Shown here piece after piece: positions 29,394-39,257 of a stretch of DNA of 64,000 nt (position 1 is the stretch's first letter; every line of letters starts with the position of its first letter). A program made the translations under genes and the position numbers. The notes beneath the pieces are model-generated. The model did not search any database and was not told the DNA's origin. It worked only from the letters and a program-made list of their open reading frames with translations. Origin of the DNA: Candidatus Woesearchaeota archaeon (GTDB lineage: Archaea > Nanobdellota > Nanobdellia > Woesearchaeales > GW2011-AR4); NCBI GenBank assembly GCA_016185755.1, contig JACPMX010000016.1, positions 985 through 64,984 of the forward strand, read 5' to 3'.

Positions 29394-30527
29394 TTAATTT
29401 TTGACAAACGCACTGTAAATCCTTTCAGCAACTATGTCAACAGAAAAATTATCCAGAATCCTCTTCCCTCCTTTTTCTGCCATCCTTGCAGCCGCTTTTT
29501 TATTCTTTATTAAAAATTCTATTTTTTCAGCCATGTCACCGACATCGAGCTTTTTTGACACTAACCCGCAGCTCTCATCCGGAATGACAAAATCCCTTCC
29601 GCCGCATTCCATCACCACTACTGGAACCTGGCAGGCCATGGCCTCGTTTACGGCAGGGGTCATCTCCTGGAAATTTGCCAGTACAAATATATCGGAGAGG
29701 TTATAAATCTTCGCCAAGTCATCATGGCCCTTTTTTCCAAGGAATTTGACATTTTTGCTTACATCAAGAGCCTTTGACAGCCTTTCAAGGGAGCCTTTGT
29801 AATAACCGTCCCCGACAATCCATAATTCTGCATTCTTATGGCCTTTGTCTATTAATCTTTTCAAAGCTTTGATAATTATGTGATGGCCTTTTATCTTGTA
29901 TAACCCCCCGACAGACAAAAGAACAATTTTGCTTTTGTCTTTTTTTAAATTCAGCGGCCTGAATGTTCTTGTGTCTGTGGCATGGCCTATGATGATGGAC
30001 TTTTTTGAATGATTTATCAGCCCCAATCTTATGGCCCTTTCCTCTGCCTGGGGGTTTGTGAATAAAAGGGATGACGCGTAGCCATATGCCTTCCTTGCAA
30101 TTGGAGCAACAAGCAGCCTTGTCAATCTGAAAAGGAAAAACCCGTCAACTGTCTGGGATGTCCTGTAAATAAGCCTTGCATTGTATTTTCTTGCTGCCCT
30201 GTAGGACTGGTATGCGAAGCCATAAAATTCAGGATTGCTTGATTCTATGACATCATAGCCTTTCAGCTTCCCGACCAAATCAGCGTACCAGAACCTCGGG
30301 ATTCCAAGTACAAACAATATCTTTTCAAGGATTGTCCTGTAATCAATGCCGCTTATTTTTTCAATTTTGAAATCTCCGTATTTGACATTGTTTTTTTTAT
30401 CCGTGAATATTGTGACTTCCACATCCCTGTTTTTTATCAAAAACCCGTAGACTTTCAGCAGGTTCGCGAGGGAGGAATGCATGTCAAAGTGCGTGGGAAT
30501 GACCACGGCAACTTTCAGTTTTTTCAT
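29394..30527 (-). CDS. GT4 glycosyltransferase
   Basis: 'VGGLYKIKG', 'IVGDG', 'NEAMACQVPVV'. Confidence 0.88.
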   Translation of the reverse strand: MKKLKVAVVIPTHFDMHSSLANLLKVYGFLIKNRDVEVTIFTDKKNNVKYGDFKIEKISGIDYRTILEKILFVLGIPRFWYADLVGKLKGYDVIESSNPEFYGFAYQSYRAARKYNARLIYRTSQTVDGFFLFRLTRLLVAPIARKAYGYASSLLFTNPQAEERAIRLGLINHSKKSIIIGHATDTRTFRPLNLKKDKSKIVLLSVGGLYKIKGHHIIIKALKRLIDKGHKNAELWIVGDGYYKGSLERLSKALDVSKNVKFLGKKGHDDLAKIYNLSDIFVLANFQEMTPAVNEAMACQVPVVVMECGGRDFVIPDESCGLVSKKLDVGDMAEKIEFLIKNKKAAARMAEKGGKRILDNFSVDIVAERIYSAFVKN

Positions 30528-30546
30528 AGGAAAAAGCTATGAGAAA

Positions 30547-30558
30547 CTATTTAAATAG
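30547..30558. promoter_or_regulatory. Palindromic bidirectional TATA box
   Basis: CTATTTAAATAG lies exactly in the middle of the 50-bp gap between the divergent ATGs at 30527 and 30578. Confidence 0.7.
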
Positions 30559-30577
30559 CTTTAGTTTCTTGGAGCGC

Positions 30578-31693
30578 ATGAAAATTGTAAGCATCGCAGG
30601 CACAAGGCCGAATTTCATGAAGATAGCCCCGCTGGCAAATGAATTCAAAAAGCATAAAATAGAGCATATTCTGGTGCACACGGGGCAGCACTATGACAGG
30701 GAAATGAGCAAACTCTTCTTTGACGACCTTAAAATACCAAAGCCGGATGCTGACCTTGGAGTGGGCTCTGAAACAAGAGAAAAGCAGATTGAAACCATAA
30801 AGCAAAAACTCGCAGCAATTCTTAAAAAAGAGAATCCGGACATTGTTATAGTTGTAGGAGACGTGAATTCAACCCTTGCAGGAGCTGAAGCAGCGCATGA
30901 ACTTGGCATAAAGGTTGCCCATGTCGAAGCAGGCCTGAGAAGCTTTGACAAGTCCATGCCGGAAGAAATCAACAGAATACGAACAGACGAGGTAAGCGAC
31001 TTTCTTTTTACAACAGAGAAAAGCGGCAATGAAAATTTGCTGAGAGAAGGCATAATCAGGGACAAAATATTTTTTGTAGGAAATGTCATGATAGACACAC
31101 TGTTAAAACACAGAGAAAAAGCAAAAGCAAAAAAATCAAAAATGCTGAAGGAACTGAAAATACATGAGAAAGATTATTGCGTTTTAACACTGCACAGGCC
31201 CAGCAATGTAGATAACAAAGAACCTTTTGAGAACATCCTATCCATCATCGAAAAAATAGGGGATAAAATAAAAATAGTCTTCCCGCTGCACCCAAGAACG
31301 CAAAAAAACCTGGAACTATTAGGATTGTCAAAAAGAATTGGAAAAATAAAAAACCTGATAATAACAAAACCTCTCGGCTATTTAGACTTCCTTTGCCTGA
31401 TGGACAACAGCAAGCTTGTCCTGACAGACTCTGGAGGAATACAGGAGGAAACAACTGTACTTGGGGTGCCGTGCATCACATTGAGAAACAGCACCGAGAG
31501 GCCGGTTACGGTTGAGGAAGGGACAAACATGATTGTAAGCACAGACCCAGTTAAGGTGGCAGAAAAGGCGTTGGAAATAATCAACAGCAATATAATGATA
31601 AATAAAAAAATCCCTGAAATGTGGGACGGGAAAGCCGCAGAAAGGATAGTCGAAATTATCCTGAAACAATTTAGCCAAAATGGGAAAAATTGA
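30578..31693 (+). CDS. wecB: UDP-N-acetylglucosamine 2-epimerase (non-hydrolysing)
   Basis: 'GTRPNFMK', 'HTGQHYD', 'HVEAGLRS', 'PEEINR', 'TDSGGIQEE', 'TERP'. Confidence 0.95.
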   Translation: MKIVSIAGTRPNFMKIAPLANEFKKHKIEHILVHTGQHYDREMSKLFFDDLKIPKPDADLGVGSETREKQIETIKQKLAAILKKENPDIVIVVGDVNSTLAGAEAAHELGIKVAHVEAGLRSFDKSMPEEINRIRTDEVSDFLFTTEKSGNENLLREGIIRDKIFFVGNVMIDTLLKHREKAKAKKSKMLKELKIHEKDYCVLTLHRPSNVDNKEPFENILSIIEKIGDKIKIVFPLHPRTQKNLELLGLSKRIGKIKNLIITKPLGYLDFLCLMDNSKLVLTDSGGIQEETTVLGVPCITLRNSTERPVTVEEGTNMIVSTDPVKVAEKALEIINSNIMINKKIPEMWDGKAAERIVEIILKQFSQNGKN

Positions 31694-32579
31694 GAAAAGC
31701 AGGCAGGCAAGGTCTTTTAAGGAGCGGGCCAAAAAATACATCCCGCTGAGCATCCAGAAGCGGCTGTACAGCATAATAAAAAAAGCAAGGCACATAAAAA
31801 ACATAAAGTCAGGAAGGGTAATAACAAAAAAACACCTTCAGAACGCTTTTAGGCAGGCAGGCCTGAAGAGCGGAAATATTGTACTTGTACATTCTTCCCT
31901 TGGCAGGATAGGGCATGTGGAGAACGGGCCCGAAACTGTAATTGATGCATTGCTTGAGATAATCGGAAAAAGCGGGCTGCTTGTCATGCCGGGATTTTCA
32001 GCGCTGAATTACGACAAAAAGCGCAATATGTACGTATTTGATGTGCAAGACACCCCAACTTACACGGGAGCAATTCCGGAAGCTTTCAGAAAAAGAAACG
32101 GGGTGAAAAGAAGCATGTCCCCTACGCATTCATTGTGCGCTTTTGGAAAAAATGCCGGCAAGCTTATAGAAGGCCACGACAAGGTTGACAACCCATTCGC
32201 GATGAACGGCCCTTTTGGAAAGCTTTACAGGTGGAAGGCCAAGATAATGCTGCTTGGGGTTGACCACCTTGCAAACTCCTCCCTTCACATAGTGGAGGAC
32301 AAGCCTTATTTTCCTGTCAAAGTTTTCACCGAGAAATTCAGAGTCCTGATGAAGGACAATGGGAAAGAGAAAATAATAGAAGCCAGAAGGCATACTGACC
32401 ACTCAAGAAAAACAAGAGACCCGAACATAATGGAAAAATACTGCCTTAGGCACAAAGCAATGAAAATCCTTAAAATCGGCAACACAGAGCTAAGGGTGAT
32501 AGACATAAAGAAATTCGTCGATATGATGGACGGGCTTTGCAAAAGAGGCATAACAATCTATCCCGCAGGCATTAAATGA
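31680..32579 (+). CDS. AAC(3)/YokD-family N-acyltransferase
   Basis: 'VLVHSSL', 'TGAIPE', 'RSMSPTHS', 'LLGV...NSSLH'. Confidence 0.85.
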   Translation: MGKIEKSRQARSFKERAKKYIPLSIQKRLYSIIKKARHIKNIKSGRVITKKHLQNAFRQAGLKSGNIVLVHSSLGRIGHVENGPETVIDALLEIIGKSGLLVMPGFSALNYDKKRNMYVFDVQDTPTYTGAIPEAFRKRNGVKRSMSPTHSLCAFGKNAGKLIEGHDKVDNPFAMNGPFGKLYRWKAKIMLLGVDHLANSSLHIVEDKPYFPVKVFTEKFRVLMKDNGKEKIIEARRHTDHSRKTRDPNIMEKYCLRHKAMKILKIGNTELRVIDIKKFVDMMDGLCKRGITIYPAGIK

Positions 32580-33738
32580 TTTTTCTGTGCATTCCAGGCT
32601 TTGATTCCAGCATAAGTGAGTCCACAAAGAACTTGGCAGCCCAGTTTATGAAGCAGAAGGGGGCGTACCAGCCGTATATGGGGAACGCCCCTGGAATTCC
32701 CCCCCTAATCCCTTTATTGAGAGATTTCATATTCTGCACCCTTTTCATGTAATTGTTGCTTTTTTTTGCAGCAATCAAAAATTTTTCATCTTTTGTTTCT
32801 ATGAATAATTTTTGCCATATTATTGACATCTGGGCGTTCCCGGTCAAGCAGGACCATCTTACGCTGCTTTTCCAGCCTTTGCCAAAGCTCCCCGGAAGAG
32901 AGCCGTCTTTTCTTTGCGCATCAAGCAAGGCTGTTGCTGCCTTTTTTGCCGAGTCTATGTATCTTTTTTTCCCTAAGCAAATCCCTGACTCAAGAATGCC
33001 CCTTATTGAATATGCAATGGTGTGCACCAAAGGCTCCTGCCCGGGATAAAAGGCGTTGTTTTGCAGCCATCCGCTTTCCTGCTGCTGCGTTAAAGCCCAG
33101 TCTATATTTTTTTCAGCCGCTTTTTTGAATTCTGCATTTTTTGCCAGGCTATAAGCCATTAAAAGCCCCCACGCCGTCCTGGCATTGTATGTATGCACAT
33201 GATTAAGGTACTCGTGCTTTCTCCAGCACCCGTCTTTGTCCATGACTGACACAAGCCAGCAGGCCGCCTTTTCAGCGGCTTTTTTATATTCCTCCTTTTT
33301 TGATTCCTCATAGGCCCTGCAAAGCCCGAAAATCACCTGGCCTGTATTGAAGACAACGGGAACATTTTTTGTTCCTGCACCTGGGAAGGCCCCGGAAGGA
33401 AGCTGGCTCCTTAACTCAAAATCCGCCATCTCAAATGCCTTTTTTCTATAAACCGGATTTTTTGAAAAAACCGCATAATTAAAAAAAGTAGGTATGATGT
33501 AGCCGGTTGTCTCTATGTAGGAATGCGCCCACCCGTCAAACAAGGAGTAAAGGGCGCTTACACCCCCATCATTATTTTGCTCCTGAGCATAAGACAGCCA
33601 TTCCATTGCAGCCTTAATGTGGGAATTGTTTGAGAGCGTTTTATTATAGGCCCGAAAGCAATCCTTAACAGAAAGAGATGAAAGATAATAGAAATTCCTT
33701 GGGTTAATCCCCTTTATAAAATATTTTAAGTATCTCAT
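32572..33738 (-). CDS. (alpha/alpha)6 toroid protein (prenyltransferase/terpene cyclase-like repeats), function unknown
   Basis: QW-like repeats 'QLPSGAF', 'MDKDGCW', 'QQESGW', 'QRKDGSL'. Also 'SYIETTGYII' and 'NWAAKFF'. Confidence 0.65.
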   Translation of the reverse strand: MRYLKYFIKGINPRNFYYLSSLSVKDCFRAYNKTLSNNSHIKAAMEWLSYAQEQNNDGGVSALYSLFDGWAHSYIETTGYIIPTFFNYAVFSKNPVYRKKAFEMADFELRSQLPSGAFPGAGTKNVPVVFNTGQVIFGLCRAYEESKKEEYKKAAEKAACWLVSVMDKDGCWRKHEYLNHVHTYNARTAWGLLMAYSLAKNAEFKKAAEKNIDWALTQQQESGWLQNNAFYPGQEPLVHTIAYSIRGILESGICLGKKRYIDSAKKAATALLDAQRKDGSLPGSFGKGWKSSVRWSCLTGNAQMSIIWQKLFIETKDEKFLIAAKKSNNYMKRVQNMKSLNKGIRGGIPGAFPIYGWYAPFCFINWAAKFFVDSLMLESKPGMHRKII

Positions 33739-34541
33739 TCTTGATAATCATAAAATCCTTTCTTTGTCTTCCTGCCAAGCCTTTTCTCCTTAAGCATACT
33801 AAGCAGGATCGGGGAAGGAGCGTATTTGCCGTCCTTAAGCTCTTCCTGCATGTTCTTAAGTATATCTACAGTCACATCAACACCGACAAGATCTATAATC
33901 TTCAGCGGCCCAATAGGGTGGTTTGCACCCAGCACCATGGCCTTGTCGATTTCCTCTTTAGTGGCCAGATTTTCATTTAGGATATTTGCAGCCTCGTTAA
34001 GCATGACAAACAGCATCCTGTTGAGGAGGAATCCCGGCGCATCCTTCACGATGACAGCATCCTTGCCCAATTTTTTCACTAATTCCAGTATTTTATCCAC
34101 TGTTTCCTTGGATGTGAATTCAGGAACAGCTATCTCTACAATCTTCATATGGACTGCAGGGTTTGAGAAATGAAGGCCGATTATATTATGCCTGTTTTTG
34201 CAGTTTTTAGCTATGAGCGCGATTGGTATGGATGAAGTGTTGGAAGCAATGATTGTGCCGCTGCCAGCTATATCGCCAAGCTTTTCGAATATCTCCTGCT
34301 TTGCCTTGAGGTCTTCCTTGATGCTCTCAATTACGAAATCCCTGCCTTTCAAGTCCTGTATTCTTGTTGCGACAGAAAGCTTGCCTGGCAATCCTTTTTG
34401 CCTTGATTTCTCGGAAAATCCCCTTAAGGCTTCGCCATTTCTTGAGCATATAGTAACATTAAATCCATACTTCAAAAACAGCTCTGCAATCTGCAGCCCC
34501 ATGGTGCCGGAACCCACTATGCCTATCTCCCTTATTTCCAT
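33735..34541 (-). CDS. 3-hydroxyacyl(butyryl)-CoA dehydrogenase
   Basis: 'GSGTMG', 'VIESIKE', 'ASNTSS', 'GLHFSNP', 'PGFLLNR', 'GRKTKKGFY'. Confidence 0.92.
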   Translation of the reverse strand: MEIREIGIVGSGTMGLQIAELFLKYGFNVTICSRNGEALRGFSEKSRQKGLPGKLSVATRIQDLKGRDFVIESIKEDLKAKQEIFEKLGDIAGSGTIIASNTSSIPIALIAKNCKNRHNIIGLHFSNPAVHMKIVEIAVPEFTSKETVDKILELVKKLGKDAVIVKDAPGFLLNRMLFVMLNEAANILNENLATKEEIDKAMVLGANHPIGPLKIIDLVGVDVTVDILKNMQEELKDGKYAPSPILLSMLKEKRLGRKTKKGFYDYQE

Positions 34542-34659
34542 GTTTTTTGCTAACTTCAGCAATTTTATAAATATATCGAAGCAAAATGCCTGCAGATCCC
34601 TTTATTTTTTGCGCCGGCAACCAGATAATTTTATAAACCACCCTTGGTTTTTCCAGCGC

Positions 34660-35592
34660 ATGAAAATACTGGTTACAGGCGGAAACGGCTTCATAGGGCA
34701 TACCTTGGTGAGGCATTTGCTTAATGAGGGAAACGAAGTAAAAGTCATAGACATCAAGCCAATCAAGTTCACGCATCCAAAGCTTGAGTTTGTTAAGAAA
34801 TCGGTTCTTGAAGACATAAGATGGGAAATGAGGGACTGCGATGCAGTCTATCACCTTGCAGCTGAGCTTGGAGTTATAAGCTCTGACAGGAGGCCCCTGA
34901 ATACCCTGGCAGTCAACATAGACGGAACTGTAAATGTCTTCAGGTGCGCCCTTGGCACAGGCGTGAAGAAGATAGTCTATACTTCCTCTTCTGAAGTTTA
35001 CGGGGAGGCAAGGGAAATTCCACTGAAGGAAGACAGCCCTAAAAGCCCTGTGAGCATTTACGGTGTTTCAAAACTGGCAGCTGAGATGTATTCGAAAGGA
35101 TATGTGCAGGAATACGGGATGGACATCAACCCGGTAAGGCTGTTCAATGTCTACGGGCCCGGACAGGGATCTGACTGGGTCATGCCCATATTTATCCAAA
35201 AAGTGCTGAATAATGAGGAGCCTGTTGTCTTTGGAGACGGAAGCCAGGTCAGATGCTTCACTTACATTGCAGACATTGTCAGCGGGATAGAGGCAGTCAT
35301 GAAGAAAGGGCTCAAGGGAGAGGCTTACAATATTGCCAATACCGACCAGATCACGATGAAGAAGCTTGCCGAGCTGATAATAAAAATATCAGGCAAGAAA
35401 CTAAATCCGAAAATTGCCGGCTTTGGGAAAGAGACAAGGGCAAGGGAAAGGGAGATAATGACAAGAGTGCCTTCAATTGAAAAACTGAAAAGCCTTGGGT
35501 GGAAGCCTGAGATCAATGCTGAGGAAGGAATCAAAAAGACGTATGAGTGGTACAAAAGCAATCTAGGCAAAGAGGAATTGTTTTATGAATAA
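34660..35592 (+). CDS. NAD-dependent nucleotide-sugar epimerase/dehydratase
   Basis: 'MKILVTGGNGFIG', 'SSSEVYG', 'YGVSK', 'FNVYGP', 'GDGSQVRCF'. TATA-like TTTATAAA at about 34630. Confidence 0.9.
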   Translation: MKILVTGGNGFIGHTLVRHLLNEGNEVKVIDIKPIKFTHPKLEFVKKSVLEDIRWEMRDCDAVYHLAAELGVISSDRRPLNTLAVNIDGTVNVFRCALGTGVKKIVYTSSSEVYGEAREIPLKEDSPKSPVSIYGVSKLAAEMYSKGYVQEYGMDINPVRLFNVYGPGQGSDWVMPIFIQKVLNNEEPVVFGDGSQVRCFTYIADIVSGIEAVMKKGLKGEAYNIANTDQITMKKLAELIIKISGKKLNPKIAGFGKETRAREREIMTRVPSIEKLKSLGWKPEINAEEGIKKTYEWYKSNLGKEELFYE

Positions 35593-36876
35593 TCAGCTTC
35601 TCCCAATTCCATGGTAAAGGATCCCCATTGACTTGATTCTCTCCTTGTCAAGGCAGTTCCTGCCGTCGATGACGACAAGGATTTTATGCTTCTTTAGCTT
35701 TTCCAGGCCCATTTCCTTGAATTCTCTGTGGTCTGTCACTAAAATTATATAGTCTGATTTATTCAGCAATTCATCCAAGTCCTTTACATTGCCTCCATTT
35801 TTGACATGAGGGTCAAAAACAAAGACTTCTGCGCCTTTCGTCTTAAGCACATTTATGACTTCAAATGCGGGGCTTTCTCTTGTGTCATCGACATTTGCCT
35901 TGTATGCAAGCCCGAGAACCCCCACTTTCGCGCCTTTTAGGGCTTTTTTTATTTTTTTCAGCTCATTCTCAAGAAGCTCGACGGTATAATGCGGCATGTA
36001 ATTATTTATTTTACGGGCCAGCTTTAGGAATTCATGATTGAAACCAAGCTGCTTTCCTCTTTCTATCATGTAATAAGGGTCCTGGGCGATGCAGTGCCCG
36101 CCCACCCCTGCACCAGGGTAATGCGGCATAAAAGCAAAAGGCTTTGTTGAAGCGACCTGAATCACTTCCATTATGTCAATCCCGGCTTTGTCGAAACTTT
36201 GCGCCATTTCATTCACAAATGCAATATTTACGTCTCTGAATGTGTTCTCTATTATCTTGGTCGCTTCTGCAGTCTTCAAATTGCTTACTTCAGTAACGCT
36301 TGCATCTATAATAGACCTATAGAATTCAGCAGCTTTTTCAGCAGCTTCTTTTGTTATGCCTCCAACCACTCTCGGCAGATTGTTGACTTTAAACTGCTTG
36401 TTGCCCGGGTCGATCCTTTCAGGGCAATGCGCGACCAGAACATCATTCCTGTAAGCGTCAAATTTCTGCTTTTTCAATATAGGCAAAACAATTTCCTCTA
36501 TTGTTCCTGGATAAATTGTTGACTCTATAATCAAAAGGGTTCCCGGCTTTATAAATTTTGAAATTGTCGATGCAGAATTCATGACTGCAGTCAAGTCTGG
36601 GGAATTGTTCCTGTCAACAGGCGTTGGAACGCAGACAATCACAACATCAGAGTTTGGGATGCACTCATTTGGATCAGCGGTTGCATGTATCCTGTTCCTG
36701 AGGCTTTTTAATTTGCCTACTATATATTCATCATCAATCGGGCTGGTTTGCCTGTTTACAGAATCGACTTTGTTTTTGTCAACGTCAAAGCCATAAACCT
36801 TAAGGCCCTTCTCGGCGCAAAGGCAGGCAAGAGGCAGCCCCACATAGCCCAGTCCCACTATTGTTACTGACACCAT
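35593..36876 (-). CDS. UDP-N-acetylhexosamine 6-dehydrogenase (WecC/WbpA type)
   Basis: 'GLGYVGLP', 'CVPTP', 'ESTIYPG', 'PERIDPG', 'ENTFRDVNIA', 'GVGGHC'. Confidence 0.93.
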   Translation of the reverse strand: MVSVTIVGLGYVGLPLACLCAEKGLKVYGFDVDKNKVDSVNRQTSPIDDEYIVGKLKSLRNRIHATADPNECIPNSDVVIVCVPTPVDRNNSPDLTAVMNSASTISKFIKPGTLLIIESTIYPGTIEEIVLPILKKQKFDAYRNDVLVAHCPERIDPGNKQFKVNNLPRVVGGITKEAAEKAAEFYRSIIDASVTEVSNLKTAEATKIIENTFRDVNIAFVNEMAQSFDKAGIDIMEVIQVASTKPFAFMPHYPGAGVGGHCIAQDPYYMIERGKQLGFNHEFLKLARKINNYMPHYTVELLENELKKIKKALKGAKVGVLGLAYKANVDDTRESPAFEVINVLKTKGAEVFVFDPHVKNGGNVKDLDELLNKSDYIILVTDHREFKEMGLEKLKKHKILVVIDGRNCLDKERIKSMGILYHGIGRS

Positions 36877-37017
36877 CAAAGCCAAAAGACTCTTGGCTGG
36901 TTTATAAATTTTTGTGCCATAGATTCCAACTGCCGTTTAGAAAGATTTAAATATGATTATTCGTCCTTGTTTCAATTGGTATAACTCTATAAACTTAATT
37001 TGAATCCTGGCCCTAAA

Positions 37018-38529
37018 ATGAAAATACTATTAATAAATCCCCCTTTGGTCGGAAGCAAAAATGAGCTGCCAAGGATAGGCGTTCCTCTCGGTATCCTGCA
37101 GATTGCGGCTTTCCTGGAAAAAAAAGGGAAAAAAATCGAAGTATTTGACTCTTTAACATATTCTCCAAAATTGGAAACAGCAGAGCTGGACGAGAATACC
37201 ATACAAATAGGGGCATCCTGGGAATGCATAAAGGACAAGATAAGGGAATCAAGGCCAAACTATGTCGGAGTCGCCTGCCAGTTTTCCATTCTTGTGCCGA
37301 CCATCATCCAGCTTTCAAAGGCAATCAAGGAAGCAGACGGCAGCGTAAAAGTCATTGTAGGCGCCAACCCCGCCACCGCCAACCCGGATATTTTCCTGGG
37401 CGAGCCTTCTATAGACTTTATCATAATGTCAGAAGGGGAGCACACGATGAATGAGCTTATTGACTGCCTGGAGGAAAACAGGGACTTCAGTACAATTCCA
37501 AACCTTTCTTACAAGAAAGACGGAAAGATTGTGCAAAACCCAATCAAATTCATATACGAGCTGGACGAGCTGCCATTCCCGGCAATTCACCATTACAACC
37601 TGGAGAGATATTTTGAGCTTGTCGAGAAGGGAATGGGCGGAAGGGTACTGACTTCTTCCAACTCCAACAGGCAGTTTTCAGTTGTTACAAGCAGGGGGTG
37701 CCCGTTTTTCTGCAATTTCTGCTCAATTTTCATCCATATGGGAAGAGACTTAAGGAAACATTCGAGCAGCTACATCCTGGATTATCTGGAGATGCTGGTG
37801 GATAAGCATAAAATAGACCACATAAACTTCGAGGATGACAACCTTACTTTGGACCTCAAGAGGTTTGAAGAAATTCTTGACGGCATTATCGAAAGAAAGC
37901 TGAATATAACATGGGACACACCAAACGGCATAAGGGCAAACCTTCTTGATGAAAGAATAGTGGCAAAGGTGAAGGAGACTGGGTGCACTGGGCTAAAAAT
38001 CGGAGTCGAGTCAGGAAACCAGGATGTACTGGATAAAATCATTGTCAAGGGACTGAGGCTGGAAAGCGTAGAAAAAATGTCAAAACTATGCCACAAATAC
38101 AGGATTCCGCTGAGTGCTTTCTTTATCATAGGATTTCCCGGCGAAACCAAAAAAAACATCCAGGAGACGCTGGACTTTGCATACATGCTGAAGAAAAAAT
38201 ATGATGTAAACCCAATACTGCACAACGCAATTCCCCTGCCGGGAACGGCGCTTTACAACGAATGCAAGGAAAAAAACTATTTAGTCGAGCGAAAAGAGGA
38301 AAAGTCGTGGTTCAATTACGGAGAAATCGCGATAAAGACAGGGGAGTTTGACCCGCAGTTCCTGATGGAGAAAACAAAATCGTTTTATAGGAACATCCTG
38401 TTCCTGGAAAGCCTGAGCGTGCTAAAAAGCCCTGCAAAAATTATGGGCTATATGGGCATGCTGGCCAACCAGCCGAGAAAATTCTTCAGCCTGTCGAAGA
38501 GGCTTTTTGCAATAGTCTTTAATGCATGA
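37018..38529 (+). CDS. Cobalamin-binding radical SAM protein (class B methyltransferase-like)
   Basis: N-terminal B12-binding 'PLGILQIAA', 'SEGE'. 'TSRGCPFFCNFC', 'GVESG', 'IGFPGET'. Confidence 0.9.
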   Translation: MKILLINPPLVGSKNELPRIGVPLGILQIAAFLEKKGKKIEVFDSLTYSPKLETAELDENTIQIGASWECIKDKIRESRPNYVGVACQFSILVPTIIQLSKAIKEADGSVKVIVGANPATANPDIFLGEPSIDFIIMSEGEHTMNELIDCLEENRDFSTIPNLSYKKDGKIVQNPIKFIYELDELPFPAIHHYNLERYFELVEKGMGGRVLTSSNSNRQFSVVTSRGCPFFCNFCSIFIHMGRDLRKHSSSYILDYLEMLVDKHKIDHINFEDDNLTLDLKRFEEILDGIIERKLNITWDTPNGIRANLLDERIVAKVKETGCTGLKIGVESGNQDVLDKIIVKGLRLESVEKMSKLCHKYRIPLSAFFIIGFPGETKKNIQETLDFAYMLKKKYDVNPILHNAIPLPGTALYNECKEKNYLVERKEEKSWFNYGEIAIKTGEFDPQFLMEKTKSFYRNILFLESLSVLKSPAKIMGYMGMLANQPRKFFSLSKRLFAIVFNA

Positions 38530-39211
38530 GCCTTATCTTGATTAAGTCAATAAACATCCTTATAGAGTCCTTTACAGGGCTGAGCTTGCTGTGAGCGGAA
38601 TTATTCCAGACCACAGGGACTTCCTTGATTTTGTATCCTGCGCTTTTAGCCAGATAGAGCGTCTCCACGTCAAAGCAAAATCCTTTAATCTTCTGCTTTC
38701 TGAAGATGTCCATGGCTGCCTTCCGCTTAAACAATTTAAAGCCGCATTGCGTGTCCCTTATTCCCCTTAAGGTTGTAAGATTGACCAATACAGGAAATAT
38801 CTTTCCCGGTATCCTCCTGTGAAGCGGCTGCCTTCCGGCTATTACGGAGCCTTTCATCCTTCTGGATCCGATTACAATGTCATAATCTCCGATATATTTC
38901 AGGAAACTGTCCAATGACTCAATCGGCGTGCTCAAGTCAGCGTCAGAGAAAAGTACAAGATTTTTTTTGGACATCAAAACTCCTCTTTTTACAGAATACC
39001 CTTTCCCCGAGTTTTTGCTGTTACTTACCAATCTTAGCCTTCCTGACTTAAATCCCTTTACAATGGCAGCAGTGCCGTCTTTTGAACAGTCATCCACCAC
39101 GATAATCTCATAGCCAAGCTTCTTGTTTTCAAGAAACTTCATTATTGCCGAGATGCTTTTTTTAATCCTGCCCTCTTCATTGTATGCCGGTATTACAACA
39201 GAAATCTCCAT
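38519..39211 (-). CDS. Dolichyl-phosphate glucosyltransferase-like GT2
   Basis: 'VIPAYNEE', 'GKGYSV', 'DADLSTP', 'DTQCGFKLF', 'FDVE'. Confidence 0.9.
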   Translation of the reverse strand: MEISVVIPAYNEEGRIKKSISAIMKFLENKKLGYEIIVVDDCSKDGTAAIVKGFKSGRLRLVSNSKNSGKGYSVKRGVLMSKKNLVLFSDADLSTPIESLDSFLKYIGDYDIVIGSRRMKGSVIAGRQPLHRRIPGKIFPVLVNLTTLRGIRDTQCGFKLFKRKAAMDIFRKQKIKGFCFDVETLYLAKSAGYKIKEVPVVWNNSAHSKLSPVKDSIRMFIDLIKIRLMH

Positions 39212-39257
39212 ATTTTAGCCAAATAACGGGCAAATTTTTAAATTTTTTTAAAAATGG

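Noticed and set aside
31680..32579. Aminoglycoside resistance gene
   Set aside because: The AAC(3) fold is broad, and the context (overlapping wecB in a glycan locus) favours sugar acylation.
32572..33738. Squalene-hopene cyclase
   Set aside because: It is too short (one barrel) and has no DxDD motif.
34198..34659. 154-aa N-terminal extension of the epimerase ORF
   Set aside because: It is the antisense shadow of the dehydrogenase gene. The Rossmann motif and a TATA box indicate a start at 34660.
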